Below, piece by piece: positions 36,900 through 49,850 of a stretch of DNA of 64,000 bases (within the stretch, counting starts at the first letter, position 1; each line of letters opens with the position of its first letter). A program made the translations under genes and the position numbers. Origin of the DNA: Octopus sinensis (Eukaryota); contig NC_043008.1 in NCBI RefSeq assembly GCF_006345805.1, positions 21,142,001 to 21,206,000 on the forward strand. The letters run 5' to 3'. The notes beneath the pieces are model-generated. The model worked only from the letters and a program-made list of their open reading frames with translations, searched no databases and was not told where the DNA came from.

Positions 36900-37580
36900 A
36901 ATTATTCGCTGTCTTTTTGTGGATGACTTGAAGTTGTACGCTTCACCTCATATGCATGAAGTGAAAAAGAGCCTTGACCTGGTTACAACATTCTCAAAGG
37001 GCTGGAGTTTGGTCCCGATAAATGTTCCCATAATGGTTGTGAAAGAAGGAAAAACTGTGAATCAGACTAGCAGCATCTTCATCAATGAACTGAACTATTT
37101 CTCTGTATCTGATTAGGTATGTTACAGGTACTTAAGGATGGACAGAAAGATATTTTACAATGGCACCTGTAATAAGGAACATGTCACTAAAGAATATGAA
37201 CCTCGGAACACTACATAGAATATATTGTTAATGGACATTTGGGATACTTGATTGAATGCTTGATGAGATCTGAGCCATTGATGTGAAAACCTACAAGGTA
37301 TTGGCCAGCATGGGTAATGTTGGGGTGGAGTCTAAACATTGATTCAGGCAGTTTTTGAATGTCACATCATATCCCTTCAGCAATATCTTTTGACTACCAA
37401 GTGTCAAAGTGCAGTCTGCCTACATGAGGCATGCTACTGCATGTGACTTCAAAAGCAGCTCCTTGAGAAACACTCCCTCGAAAACATGCTCAACGAAGTT
37501 GCATGTCTCTACAGCATTATATCATCAGGTGAAAGGATGAGTCCATGGTAGAAAGCCATGCATGGATATAATAGTGGAAG
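36900..37580 (+). mobile_element. Degenerate R4/Dong RT fragment
   Basis: LFVDDLKLYA...LVTTFSK (YxDD motif region). Confidence 0.75.
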
Positions 37581-38309
37581 GTGTATATTTTTAGCTTTTA
37601 TTTTAGCATTTCCATACACCTTGTATTCTTTTGAAAAAATCATGAATTTAAGATTTCCCAGCAGATAGGATGTCTCTTAGTGAACGACTTTCAGTTTCTT
37701 AATTCTCATTAATCATTGATTGTTCTGTTTTTGGTGGATGGTGGACTCCTTCTTTTATTTATTCTCCTTAATGATTCCTCAGTTTTTCCTGCATCCATCT
37801 CATTGCCACAAGGTGACATGTTAGAACAGCCGTTTGGGGCCTCTGGCTGGCTCTGTGCTGCAAGGGGATGAGACTGTTGTGTTTCTTGTTGTCCTATCTT
37901 GTTAGTCTCTGATGTTGATGAGGATGAAGCATATCTGTTCCACTCTAGCCATTCTTGAAATTGTGCTCAGTAGTGCTGTTGAAGTAATAGTAGTAGTAGT
38001 GGTAGTAGTAGTAGCAGCAGCAGCCATAGTCTCCTTGTCCCTTGCATTTAAAAGGCCTTCTGTCATCAGTGCATCTGCTGTTGTCTGTTGTTTCTGACCT
38101 CTTTTTTGCTTCTCTTTCTTTCTCTGAGGAGAAAGAAAGCTGTCAAGTGGTCTTTCCTGTATCTGAGCTTACCTACTTCCATGCACCTCTAGTCTGATCA
38201 TCTCTCCACTCCCACAATGGGCTACATCTCCAGAATAGTCTTTTAGTCTTTGCAAGGGAAGGGAGTCATCAGTATACAAGTGTTGATGCAAATCAGACCT
38301 GTATCATTC

Positions 38310-38725
38310 TTATTTCTTTATTGCCCACAACAGGCTAAACAGAGAGAGGAAAAACAAGGACAGACAAAGGGATTAAGTTGATTACAACGACCCCAGTGCA
38401 TAACTGGTACTTAATTTATCGACCCTGAAAGGATGAAAGGCAAAGTTGACCTTGGCGGAATTTGAACTCAGAACATAACGGCAGACGAAATACCTATTTC
38501 TATACTGCCCACAAGGGGCTAAACACAGAAGGAAGAAACAAGGACAGACAAATGGATTAAGTCAATTATATCGACTCCAGTGCATAACTGGTACTTAATT
38601 TATCGACCCCGAAAGGATGAAAGGCAAAGTCAACCTCGGCGGAATTTGAACTCAGAACGTAACGACAGACGAAATACCGCTAAGCATTTTGTCCAGCGTG
38701 CTAATGTTTCTGCCAGCTCACCACC
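38310..38725 (-). mobile_element. SINE family B tandem dimer
   Basis: Same junction GAAATAC|CTATTTC as at 25310. Confidence 0.9.
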
Positions 38726-39122
38726 TTTTGTGTCATTCTGTCGATGCTCACCATCTGCCTATACTGTCACACAAAAATAAAGCAAGGCTCCATGTCTGCA
38801 CCAATATCTCTGGCTATGATCCTTGTCTATCTTCTGCCTATGTACTGTGGCACCATCCTCTATATCACACAACCTCTGCCTGCCTTCTCTCGTCATTTTC
38901 AGTTTTAAATAACTGGTACAAATGTCTATATACCTTGTTCTGCTCAAGGGAGCACACATAAATGAGAGATTTGTTCCAGTCCTCTTTTGAGAGCATACAG
39001 AAATCCTCTCCTTTTTTTACGTAGAGAAATACTTGACAATTAAAGATGCCACCTCAGTTGGTGTTGTAAGCATCAACAACAAATCCTGTGCGACCAGTGG
39101 TATAGTAATAATAATAATAATA

Positions 39123-39153
<31 letters not shown>

Positions 39154-39154
39154 T

Positions 39155-39388
39155 TATTTCTTTACTACCCACAAGGGGCTAAACATAGAGGGGACAAACA
39201 AGGACAGACAAAGGGATCAAAGTCGATTACTTCGACCCAGTGCGAAACTGGTACTTTATTCATTGACCCCAAGAGGATGAAAGGCAAAGTTGACCTCGGC
39301 AGAACTTGAACTCAGAACGTAACGACAGACGAAATATGGCTAAGCATTTCGCCCGGCGCACTACCGTTTCTGCCAGCTCGCTGCCTTT
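39155..39388 (-). mobile_element. SINE family B
   Basis: Full-length match; follows a Dong 3' end (39020-39105) and (TAA)n. Confidence 0.9.
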
Positions 39389-39954
39389 TCAAATTATGCT
39401 CTTCTTTGGATAGTGCACTTTACTTCTTGATATATCTTTCCTACACTCAGTTATGTCCATCAATTCCTTTTGATCTCCAATACTAGCAAACATTGAGCTA
39501 CTGCTGTTGTTCTTGATGCTCTTGTTATTGTCATTTTAGTTGATGTCCTTGCTACCTTTTCTCTTTTTTTTCCCTGTACTTTAAATGTTCTGTCTGAAAA
39601 CTGTCTAATTGTCATGTTTTGTTTTGTAAAGTCTGTATTTGCCAAAACTGAGTGGATACATTCAATATTGAGATTGTTTCTAACATTATGGTTAACATCT
39701 TCTGCTACCAGAGGGAGGTGATCAATGTGAAAGACGAATAAATAATTCAAATAACCACATTGTGAAAAGATATACATGGCTAAAAACAATGTGTAGATGA
39801 ATGGGACACTTTCAAACATTCTGAAAGTCCCTCTACTCTTGGCAAACTACCCTTTTTTCTTTGGCCATCCTCCAACAAATAGTAGTAGTAGTAGTAGAGG
39901 AAATGCTGTGCAACAAGATAATACTAAAACTTAGAGAAGAGGACAATGACTACA

Positions 39955-40510
39955 TCTGTAATCTAAGGAATCTAATCTCCTTAGAGCATAGGCGAGAAAG
40001 ATATGCCATAATATACAAAAGGCAAAGTTGACCTTGGCGGAATTTGAACTCAGAACATAATGGCGGATGAAATACCGCTAAGCATCCTGGAAGGACTTGT
40101 CCCAAACTTTGGCATCGAGAGTTACACAAATACTAGAACTGGGCGCCGCTGCATAGTGCCAAGGACTCCAAATTTGCCATCAAGATGTAGGACAAGATAC
40201 TGCAATAGCCTGGGCTTCAGAGGTCCACAGCTCTTCAATATCCTTCCGAAGGACCTGAGAGACCTGCATAGGGTGGATGTAGGTGTCTTCAAAATAAAGC
40301 TGGACCTCTTCCTATCAAGTGTCCCAGATGAACCAACTTTGCAGCAGGAGTTGCAGATGAGGGCAACTGCATCAAACTCTCTCATGCACCAAATGTGAAT
40401 TGCTAAAAAGCATTCGTGAAGTAAAATTATGTAGCAACACTAAATGGCGGTGCCCCAGCATGGCCACAGTTCGTGAGCTGAAACTAGATGAAATAAGAAT
40501 AAAATAAAAA
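39955..40510 (+). mobile_element. CR1/L2-superfamily LINE 3' end
   Basis: SLEHRRERYAIIY..ILEGLVPN...NSLGFRGPQLFNILPKDLR...FKIKLDLFLSSVPDEP, then tail GGCGGTGCCCCAGCATGGCCACAG..TGAAACTAG and (AATAA)n-like repeats. Confidence 0.85.
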
Positions 40511-40514
40511 TGAA

Positions 40515-42240
40515 ATAAAAGTGGAACCTAAACCAAGAAGGAGTGAAAGTGAATGAAGTTTTCTGAAGTACATCCATGCAACCAACATTACTGAGAACAA
40601 TAATTTGCTCAGAATGGCAAATATCATAGTAGCAGAGAATGTGGACATGGCCACAAAGAAATTGACCACAAATACCAGAGAAAAGCACACTGAGCTGTGG
40701 TGGGAAAGATGAATGCTGCAAACTGTTGAAACACTTGTGAAAGACGTTTCAGTGTTGGACAGAAAACATCAAAGACAAACTTAGGAATGAGCAGAAGTAT
40801 GATAGATTGAAGAGAGAGGCTCTTGGTTGTATCAAGGAAGCAACTTTTGAGTGGATTTGAAGAATTTGAACAATGTGATTCTTTTATTCTTGTATTTGTT
40901 TCAGTCATTTGACTGCAGCCATGCTGGATACCACCTTTAGTCGAGCAAATCGATCCAAGGACTTATTCTTTGTAAGCCTAATACTTATTCTATCGGTTCT
41001 CTTTTTGCCGAACCGTTAAGGACACAAACATACCAGCATCGGTTGTAAAGCAATGTTGGGGGGACAAATACAGACACACAAACATATACATACACACACA
41101 CATATATATACGACGGGCTTCTTTCAATTTCCGTCTACCAAATCCACTCACAAGGCTTTGGTTGGCCCAAGGCTATAGTAGAAGATACTTGCCCAAGGTG
41201 CCACACAGTGGGGGCTGAACCTGGAACCATGTGGTTAGTAAGCAAGGTACTTATCACACAGCTACTCCTGCGCCTGGATTGCAAAGAAAGCAAAGGTATC
41301 CAGGTATTAATATCAAATTAAACAATTCCTGCAAATGAATCTCTTCAGGATAGACCAAAAGGAGTTCCACCAGGAAATTAATGGAGGGTTAGCGCTAGCG
41401 AAAGAAGTGTTTGTCCTAAATAAACAGGAATGTGAAATGTTTTGGAGAAACATTTGGAGTAAAAGAAGAGAAGAGCACAATAAAAAAGCTGAATGATTAA
41501 AAGATCTAAAGAGAGCCACTGTATATCTGATGCAAAAATTTTAATTACATTTTAATTAAATTTTAATTTAATGATTTTAATTATTCTGATAATTTTAATT
41601 ATCAGAAATTTTAATTACAGAGAGGACTATTTGAAAAAGAAGTCGATATATGAATAACTAGAAGTTACCAGGCCCTGACAGAGTGCAGGGCTGTTGGATG
41701 AAAATGGTTTAACAGGTGCTACACAAAGATTGCAGAACAGCTTAACATTCTAATAGGGAAATGGATAGGAAATATTAAACTGGTTGGCTAAAGGCAGAAC
41801 AATTCTGTGCATGAAGGACTTGATGAAAGGAAACACTGTTGAGAACTATAAACCAGTATCTTGTTTACCTCACCTGTGAAAGTTATTGACAGGGATAATT
41901 GAAGACAAGATGTACTAACACTTGGATGAGAAGAGCATTCTTCAAGAAGAACTGAGAAAGTTTGAGATATATGAACTACTATCATGGGAGATAAAACATT
42001 TGTGGACGATGGGAAAGGTTAAGGTGGTCCCATTTGTTGGTGTTGGGGTGATTGGGCACTGTGAGCACCAGAATTGTAAACTGTTTTTTAAGAAGTGGAG
42101 ACAACATCAGGGTGGGCCACTTGCAGAAAGCAACACTCCTTGGAACTGCTACAATACTTAGAGAAATATTTGACAATTAAAGGCGCCACCTCAGTCGGTA
42201 TTATAAGCATCAACAACAAATGCTGTGCGACCAGCGGTAT
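40515..42240 (+). mobile_element. Degenerate, internally deleted R4/Dong LINE interrupted by a family A SINE (40880-41275)
   Basis: TNITENNNLL..WWER, AKKAKVSRY..IKQF..NLFRIDQKEF, EIKHLWTMGKVKVVPFV.V..IG; ends in (TAA)n; same 3' end at 39020-39105. Confidence 0.75.
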
Positions 42241-42255
42241 AATAATAGTAATAAT

Positions 42256-42357
<102 letters not shown>

Positions 42358-42545
42358 TTCTATGTAATCTCAAGTTTTAAAACAAACATAATTTTCTTAT
42401 AGTTTCTTAAACATTCTCTAGAACAATACTATGTGCAAAACCAAATATATGACACCCTAGGCATAACACTTCTAACTTGTCTCTTGAGGTCTCTGGGTGA
42501 GACTTGGAGCCAGCTTGTACAAATGCAAAGCAAAAGTCAAACATA
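42358..42545 (+). mobile_element. 3' end of the Dong family also at 51745-53432
   Basis: Near-identical to the reverse complement of 51745-51940; (TAA)n on both sides. Confidence 0.85.
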
Positions 42546-42555
42546 TAATGATAAT

Positions 42556-42595
<40 letters not shown>

Positions 42596-44283
42596 GTTTC
42601 AAATTTTGCCACAAGGGCAGCCATTTTGGAGGAAGGGATAATTCAATTACATCGACCTCAGTGTTCCACTGGTACTTAATTTATCAACCCCAAAAGGATG
42701 AAAGGCAAAGTTGGCCTCAGTGGAATTTGAACTCAGAATGCAGCAGCAGACGAAATAGGAATAAAAGGCAGAGTTAAACTCAGCAGGTTTTGGACACCAA
42801 GCAAAAGAATTTGGAACAAGTACCACAAAGTATTTTGTCCAATGCTTTAACAGTTCTACCAATCCACCATCAGTAATAGTTTTTGTTATAGTCAGGGATG
42901 AGAATTTGCTAAGTAGGGGTTTGAAGGGAGGAGGAATTAGATGAATAATTTAACCCCAGTACTTGACTGGTACTTTATTCTATCAGTCCTATGAGGATGA
43001 TGAAAGGCAGAGTTGGCTTCGATTGGATTTGAACTCAGAATTTAAAGAGCTGAAACACTATTGATATGATAGATGTAAACTTTTGGTATTGATGATATAC
43101 ATAGAAATCTATCAATATGATAAAAAAATCTTACATGCCCACCCATCCACTGTATAACTCTCAGTTATACAGTGAAAATGTTCAGTAAATAATAGAATCT
43201 AGAAATAGCGATAGTAATAATCTTGGGTCCTTTCTTAGACATGGGGTTATATGTTGTACTTTAGCTAATGTCGAGAAGAAAATTGATGTCATTCTCTTTC
43301 TGGTAAATATTTTATTATTGTAAGTATTTTTTTCTTTAACTGAGTGAATTAATAAGTGTGAACAAATTCCCTTAAGGGCAAAAACTTATTTTGGTAAGAA
43401 ACAGGACAGAAATAGCTTCCCAATAGTTTGAATGATGTGGTCTCTCCACCTTGCAAACATTTACTGTACGAGAGTGTTAGACTATTAATACATTCATTGT
43501 TGGAAAATTATAGAAAATATATCATATTCTGATGGATATACATTCTCCAACATTGTGATGGAGACAATGTATTGAATTTATTCATGTAATACTATTAGTG
43601 CATTTTCTTTTATCTTGTTTGAAAATGCATTATTTTAAGACTTGTTTGGAATGATCACTTGGCAAATCAGCTCCTCTGTTGAATCTGCTTCCTTCATGTT
43701 TTTCTGCTTTTGTCCACAGTTGACATTTATATTCAAAGTGTGAATAAATTGCCAAAGAAATATTTTATCATTACATATCCTTCCTAACATCAGTCACTGT
43801 GTCGCTGTATAAGTTCATTGTCAGTCGAAAATTCTGCATTAGTTTCCTTGCATTGTGTTGTAATAAATTGGTTTGCTTAAGAGTACAACAGAAATGTTTT
43901 AGCAGAAAAAAAGATTATATAATTTTATCCAGATGTCTACCTCATCTTCAGAGATAAACATTTTTTTTTTTAGATATTTATTTTTGTACTGGTTCTAATT
44001 CACTTTTTATTATTCACTTATTATTATTATTATTATTATTATTTATCAACTAAGGCAGCTAGCATACAGAATCATTAGCCAACCAGATAAAAATGCTTAG
44101 TGGCATTTTTTCCAGCTCTTTATGTTTCGAGTTCGTATTACCCTGAAGTCAACTTTGCCTTTCTCCCTTTCAAGGTTAATTAAAATAAGTACCAGTTGAG
44201 CACAGGGGATGATGACATTGATTTACCCCCTTTTCTAAAGTCGATGGCCTTGTGCTAAAATTTAAAACCATTTTTATTTGTCA

Positions 44284-44672
44284 ACTCTTTTACTCTTTTA
44301 CTTGTTTCAGTCATTTGACTGTGGCCATGCTGGAGCACCGACTTTAGTCGAGCAAATAGACCCCAGGACTTATTCTTTGTAAGCCTAGTACTTATTCTAT
44401 CGGTCTCTTTTGCTGAACTGCTAAGTTACGGGCACATAAACACACCAGCATCGGTTGTCAAGCGATGTTGGGGGGACAAACACAGACACACACATACACA
44501 CACACACATATACGACGGGCTTCTTTCAGTTTCCATCTACCAAATCCACTCACAAGGCTTTGGTTGGCCCGAGGCTATATTAGAAGACACTTGCCGAAGG
44601 TGCCAGTGGCACTGAGCCCGGAACCATGTGGCTGGTAAGCAAGCCACTTACCACACAGCCACTCCTGCGCCT
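44284..44672 (-). mobile_element. SINE family A, full length
   Basis: Match to 1640-2048. Confidence 0.9.
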
Positions 44673-45319
44673 AATTAAGTAATTGATTGCTTGATTAATC
44701 ATTCAGTCAGCCAACTGTTTTGTCAGTGTCCTATCATTTCCATTAATGACCTCATGAACAACCTGTCCTTCTTGGAGATGACAATGGAACAGAAGTGGAG
44801 CAATAAGGGACTGTCTTGATGAAGTTGGTAATAGTGATTGAAAGGCTCTAACAAACAAAACTGTTTGATTGACCAAGCTATTATTCAATAAATCAATTAG
44901 TTTATTCATTAAATTTGTTAACGAGTTTAATAATAAGAGATAGAAATGAAATAGTACCAGTGTGTGTGTGTTTTTTATTCACCCTCCTAAGATGCCACAA
45001 AATTTGTTACAACAAACACTCTCGGAGTGGTTGGTGTTAGGAAGGGCATCCAGCTGTAGAAACTCTGCCAGATCAAGATTGGAGCCTGGTGCAGCCATCT
45101 GGTTCGCCAGCCCTCAGTCAAAATCGTCCAACCTGTGCTAGCATGGAAAGTGGACGTTAAACGATGATGATGATGATGAAACAATTTCACAGCAAATGAC
45201 TTGTAAACTAAACCCAGAAAAATAATATTTCTCTACTTCGGCTTATTCCTAGATGTCCACGGAGAACCAAACTGGTTTTGAAATGGGACCCTTCATTAAG
45301 GGTAACTGGGCTACTAACA

Positions 45320-46263
45320 CATCTGAAATCAGAAAATATAGAAGTGAAGATATTTACCCATCCAGCAGAGCATATTGAAAAGAATGAAGCCAGTATGCTC
45401 TGCTGCATGGGTAATGTCAGTGTGCATAGACATCAGAGTGCAAGTGATTTGAGAGAATAACTGGGTATACGCCGCATCAGATGCAGGGTGCAAAAGGGAT
45501 GACTGTACTGGTATGGACATGTAATGTGCATGGATGAAGACAGCAGCATCAAGAACTGCTGATTTCTAATTGTGGAGGGAACATGTGGAAAGGGTAGACC
45601 CCGGAAGACATTGGACAAAATTGTGAGAAAGGATCTTTAGCTGTTGGGCCTTACAGAGGGGATGACAAGGGATCATGACTCCTGGTGGTCTGCTGTGCAT
45701 GAGTAGACATATCAAACTAAGTAAAATCGTGGTTGTCCTTGCATATAGGCATGTCCCCTGCATCCCTCTTCAGCTGAGTGATCCTAATCTTATTTCTTTA
45801 CTACCCACAAGGGGCTACACACAGAGGGGACAAACAAGGACAAAGAGATTAAGTCGATTATATCAACCCCAGTGCGTAACTGGTACTTATTTAATCGACC
45901 GCGAAAGGATAAAAGGCAAAGTTGACCTCGGTGGAATTTGAACTCAGAACGTAGTGGCAGACGAAATACTGCTAAGCATTTTGCCCGGTGTGCTAACATT
46001 TCTGCCAGCTCACTGCCTTTGTGATCCTAATCTTGTAGGCTCGTGGATGCTGTGCCACATAGAGAGCACCCATACTTGTGCTGTGTGAAAGCACCCAGTA
46101 CATTCTGTTATGTCATTGGTGTTAGGAAGGGCATCCAGCCATAGAAACCTTGACGAAACAGACGTAGAACACAGGCAGCTCTTCAGCTGACCAGCTCCTG
46201 TCAAACCGTCTAACGAATGCCAGCATGGAAAATAGACATTACATGATGATGATGATGATGATG
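45320..46263 (+). mobile_element. RTE LINE 3' end (RT C-terminus, 3' UTR, (GAT)n) interrupted by a family B SINE
   Basis: EKNEASML...LYWYGHVMCMDEDS...VEGTCGKGRPRKTLDKIVRKDL; SINE 45792-46020 with TSD GTGATCCTAATCTT (45778-45791 / 46021-46034). Confidence 0.88.
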
Positions 46264-46770
46264 AAGATCTGCAATTGGGGATATTAGTACTTTCTGGTTT
46301 GTCAAGAAATGAAGGAAGGATCAGAACGAAAAGTATATGCGTTTGGTAGTTCCATGATCAAAGAGATGATAATGTTATAGGTAAGGTCCATTAGTGGTTT
46401 CATATCAGAATACTTGATGATAATCCATGACAAGGAATATTAGAAGTTACCAGTTCCGTTATCATTTGCCTTGGATTATCATTGAATTTTCCCCTACGGA
46501 ACTGCTAATGGACTTTATCTTTTTACCTATAACTTTATGAATTCTTTGATCATGGAACCACCAAACACTAATACTTTCCATTCTGATACTTCCTTCATTT
46601 CTTGGCAAACTGGAAAGTACTGATATTCTTGAATGACGATATTCTTCATTTCTATATTTTCTGGCTTCTCTCTCTCTCTCTCCAGTGATGAAATACCTAG
46701 CTTATGTAATCCTTACTCAATATCATGATCCACATGCTTGGCTATTCAAGAAACTGGTGTAAGAGTCTCT
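46262..46770 (+). mobile_element. Old fold-back element with possible decayed hammerhead
   Basis: Diverged ~175-bp inverted arms spanning 46262-46650; downstream CTCT..GTGATGAA...GAAACTGGTGTA-AGAG. Confidence 0.55.
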
Positions 46771-46799
46771 ATCCTTTTATCATAACTACCCTGCACAAC

Positions 46800-47316
46800 T
46801 CTCTTTTACTCTCTTTTACTATTTTACTTGTTTCAGTCATTTGACTGTGGCCATGCTGGAGCACCGCCTTTAGTCAAGCAAATCGACTCCGGGACTTATT
46901 CTTTGTAAGCCCAGTACTTATTCTATCGGTCTCTTTTGCCGAACCGCTAAGTGACAGGGATGTAAACACACCAGCATTGGTTGTCAAGCAATGCTAGAGG
47001 GACAAACACAGACACACAAACATACATATATATGACAGGCTTCTTTCAGTTTTCGTCTACCAAATCCACTCACAAGGCTTTGGTCGGCCTGAGGCTATAG
47101 TAGAAGACACTCGCCCAAGGTGCCACGCAGTGGGACTGAACCCGGAACCATGTGGTTGGTAAGCAAGCTACTTACCACCCTGCCACTCGAGTTCAAATTC
47201 TGCTAGGGTCAACTATACCTTTCATCCTTTTGGAGTTGATAAAATAAGTACCAGTTGGACGCTGGGGAACCATGTGGCTGGTTAGTAAGCTACTTACCAC
47301 ACAGCCACTCCTGCGC
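46800..47316 (-). mobile_element. SINE family A with family B fragment and duplicated 5' end
   Basis: Full A copy 46800-47190, B fragment 47190-47265, second A head 47265-47316. Confidence 0.85.
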
Positions 47317-47497
47317 CGTTTACATCCTCTATATAAAATATTTTTCAAGTGATGGCAAATGTTTTGCTTTTTCGTTTTCTATTTTAATCTGTATCCACCT
47401 TTGATGGGCAGTTTTAGTTTTCAGTTGCAGTTCAAACTGGAGTTCCAATGATAAACCAAACTGAGCAGTCTTAGTACATACCTATTACATTAAGTCA

Positions 47498-48205
47498 GAT
47501 GTGGTAAGTAGCTTGCTGGGTGGAGACACATGGCCTAGTGGTTAGAGCAGCGGACTCGCGGTCGAGGGATCGTGGGTTCGAATCTCAGACCGGACGATGT
47601 GTGCGTTTATGAGCAGAACACCGGCGGAAGGTAATGGCGAAACTTCTGCTGACTCTTTCGCCATGACTTTCTCTCACTCTTTCCTCCTGCATCTTGCAGA
47701 TGGACCGGCTTCCCATCCAGGTGGGGAACCTATACACCAAGAAACCGGGAAACCGGCCCTTATGAGCCAGGCATGGCTCGAGAAGGAAGAAACAGCAACA
47801 AAGTAGCTCGCTTATGAACCACATAGTTCTGAGTTCAGTCCCACTGCGTGACACCTTGGGCAAGTGTCTTCTACTATAGCCTTGGGATGACCAAAGCCTT
47901 GTGAGTGGATTTGGTAGACGGAAACTGAAAGAAGCCCATCATATATATGTATATATATGTGCATATGTGTGTATGTATATGTTTGTGTGTTTGTGTTTGT
48001 TCCCCCCCCCCAACATCGCTTGACAACTGATGCTGGTGTGTTTACGTCCCTGTAACTTAGCGGTTCAGCAAAAGAGGCCGATAGAATAAGTACTAGGCTT
48101 ACAAAGAATAAGTGCTGGGATCGATTTGCTCGACTAAAGGCGGTGCTCCAGCATGGCCATAGTCAAATGACTGAAACAAGTAAAAGAGAGTAAAAGAGTA
48201 AAATA
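47498..48205 (+). mobile_element. SINE family A with nested family D SINE (47518-47800)
   Basis: TSD AAGTAGCTTGCT (47506-47517) / AAGTAGCTCGCT (47801-47812). Confidence 0.9.
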
Positions 48206-49319
48206 GAAGTCTTGCTAGCAAAGAAAGTAGTTTCAAAAATTCAGCAAGAATTACAATGCATAGACTATAGTTATTCCATTGAAAAGAATTATGAATTATA
48301 TTTCTCATGGTGCCTGTATTTTATTTTTTGCCTTTTCATACAGTTCTATTTTGCTTTTTTTCATTGGAACCATTTTGTAAAAATAAATTTTAGATCAGTT
48401 TGTTGAAGCCGTTTAGAAAAGATGAGATAAAAAAAAAACACTGATTAGTCTTAGGGAGAGATTTGTATGAAAGCAGATTTTTTTGTTCTCCTCATAACCA
48501 ATCAAGCATCATAATTTTGTGATCATATTCTGTTATTGTTTCTAAGTATCCTGAAATAGTTCTTATATAGCTTTTGCATGCTATACTTTTATTGGAATGT
48601 TATATGAATGGTTATTGTAATAGCTCTCTTTTTAAATGAAAATTGCATCTTCCTACGCGAATTTATGCTATATCAGAATATCTGATTCAAAAGACTAAAT
48701 AGAATTTTCACTAATTCTTAAATATCTATTTAAAAAATTGTCTGTAATGTAAAATGCTTCATAAATATTTGTAAAAGACACATAATGTTTCTGATTAGTT
48801 TGGAAGTTTTAAAAATATTTTAATTTTCTGAAGAACAATATTAAAAAAAAAAAAGGGAATGATAAAAAAATTTTTAATCAAAATATTATTGTTGAGTGTG
48901 TTTAAGCCTGTTTTATATTTTGGAGTGCAGGATATGAAGTCTATTGAATAGCAGACATAACTGATAAACCAATACAAATGGGAGACAGTTTAATAGTGGA
49001 AGAGAGAGAGAACTTTTAAAAATTCACATTGCAACATATTCTTTATCAAAGATATGAAAGACAGGGAAAGCAAAACAAAACAACAACAACAACAAAAAAT
49101 ATAAAAAGAGCAATAAATTTCATTATCTGTGTCTCATTAACTTTTCAGCAACTAATTTGTTGTAATGTCTTTAAAAACTTCCGAATTAGACTAAAAGCAT
49201 TTTCTTTCCAGCAGTGTGTGGTGTTTATGTTTCTTTTGAACAAATTTGAGCAGTACAAAAGTATCATTCTCTGAGGAAAAGGAAAACATTGATATTAAAC
49301 TAAAACAATTTTATTTAAA

Positions 49320-49850
49320 GCAGTTGTATACTGTCAATTTAATGTGACAGTCCCATAAAGGGAATCACACCACCACTATTTAGCCCTAGGAAGCATCAAC
49401 ACTTCCTGTCGGCCTTGACACATTCCCTGTGTCCTTATGTTTACAAATGGGGAGACAGGCACCCCCATCCAGCTAAGCCTGCATCCAGAGACATCAGTCT
49501 GGAGTAGCATGGCCTGCTCGCTGAAGATACCTGTCTAGACTTTGTAAAGATATGTATATATAATTTCAGTGAAGTAAATTCACTGATCACAAAAAATAGA
49601 AATATTAAATTTCTAAATATCTCAGAGAGATATAAGCAATGGTGGAACGATAGAGCAGTTGTATACTGCCAACTTAACGTGACAGTCCCATAAAGCTAAT
49701 CACACCACCACTATTTAGCCCTAGGAAGCATCAATGCTTCCTGTCAGCCTCGACACATTTCCTGTCTCCTTATGTTTACAAAGGGGAGACAAGCACCCCC
49801 CCCCCCATCCAGCTAAGCCTGCATCCAGATATTTAGAAATTTAATATTTC
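49320..49850 (-). repeat. Two direct copies (~170 bp) of a structured motif; second copy enclosed by a 24-bp perfect inverted repeat
   Basis: Copies 49320-49489 and 49655-49829; IR GAAATATTAAATTTCTAAATATCT at 49599-49622 / 49827-49850. Confidence 0.8.

Noticed and set aside
49505-49656. U6 snRNA-like words (TAGCATGGCC, TGGAACGATA)
   Set aside because: Only two 10-mers, not contiguous, no ACAGAGA box, and not conserved in the related element at 21063-21210
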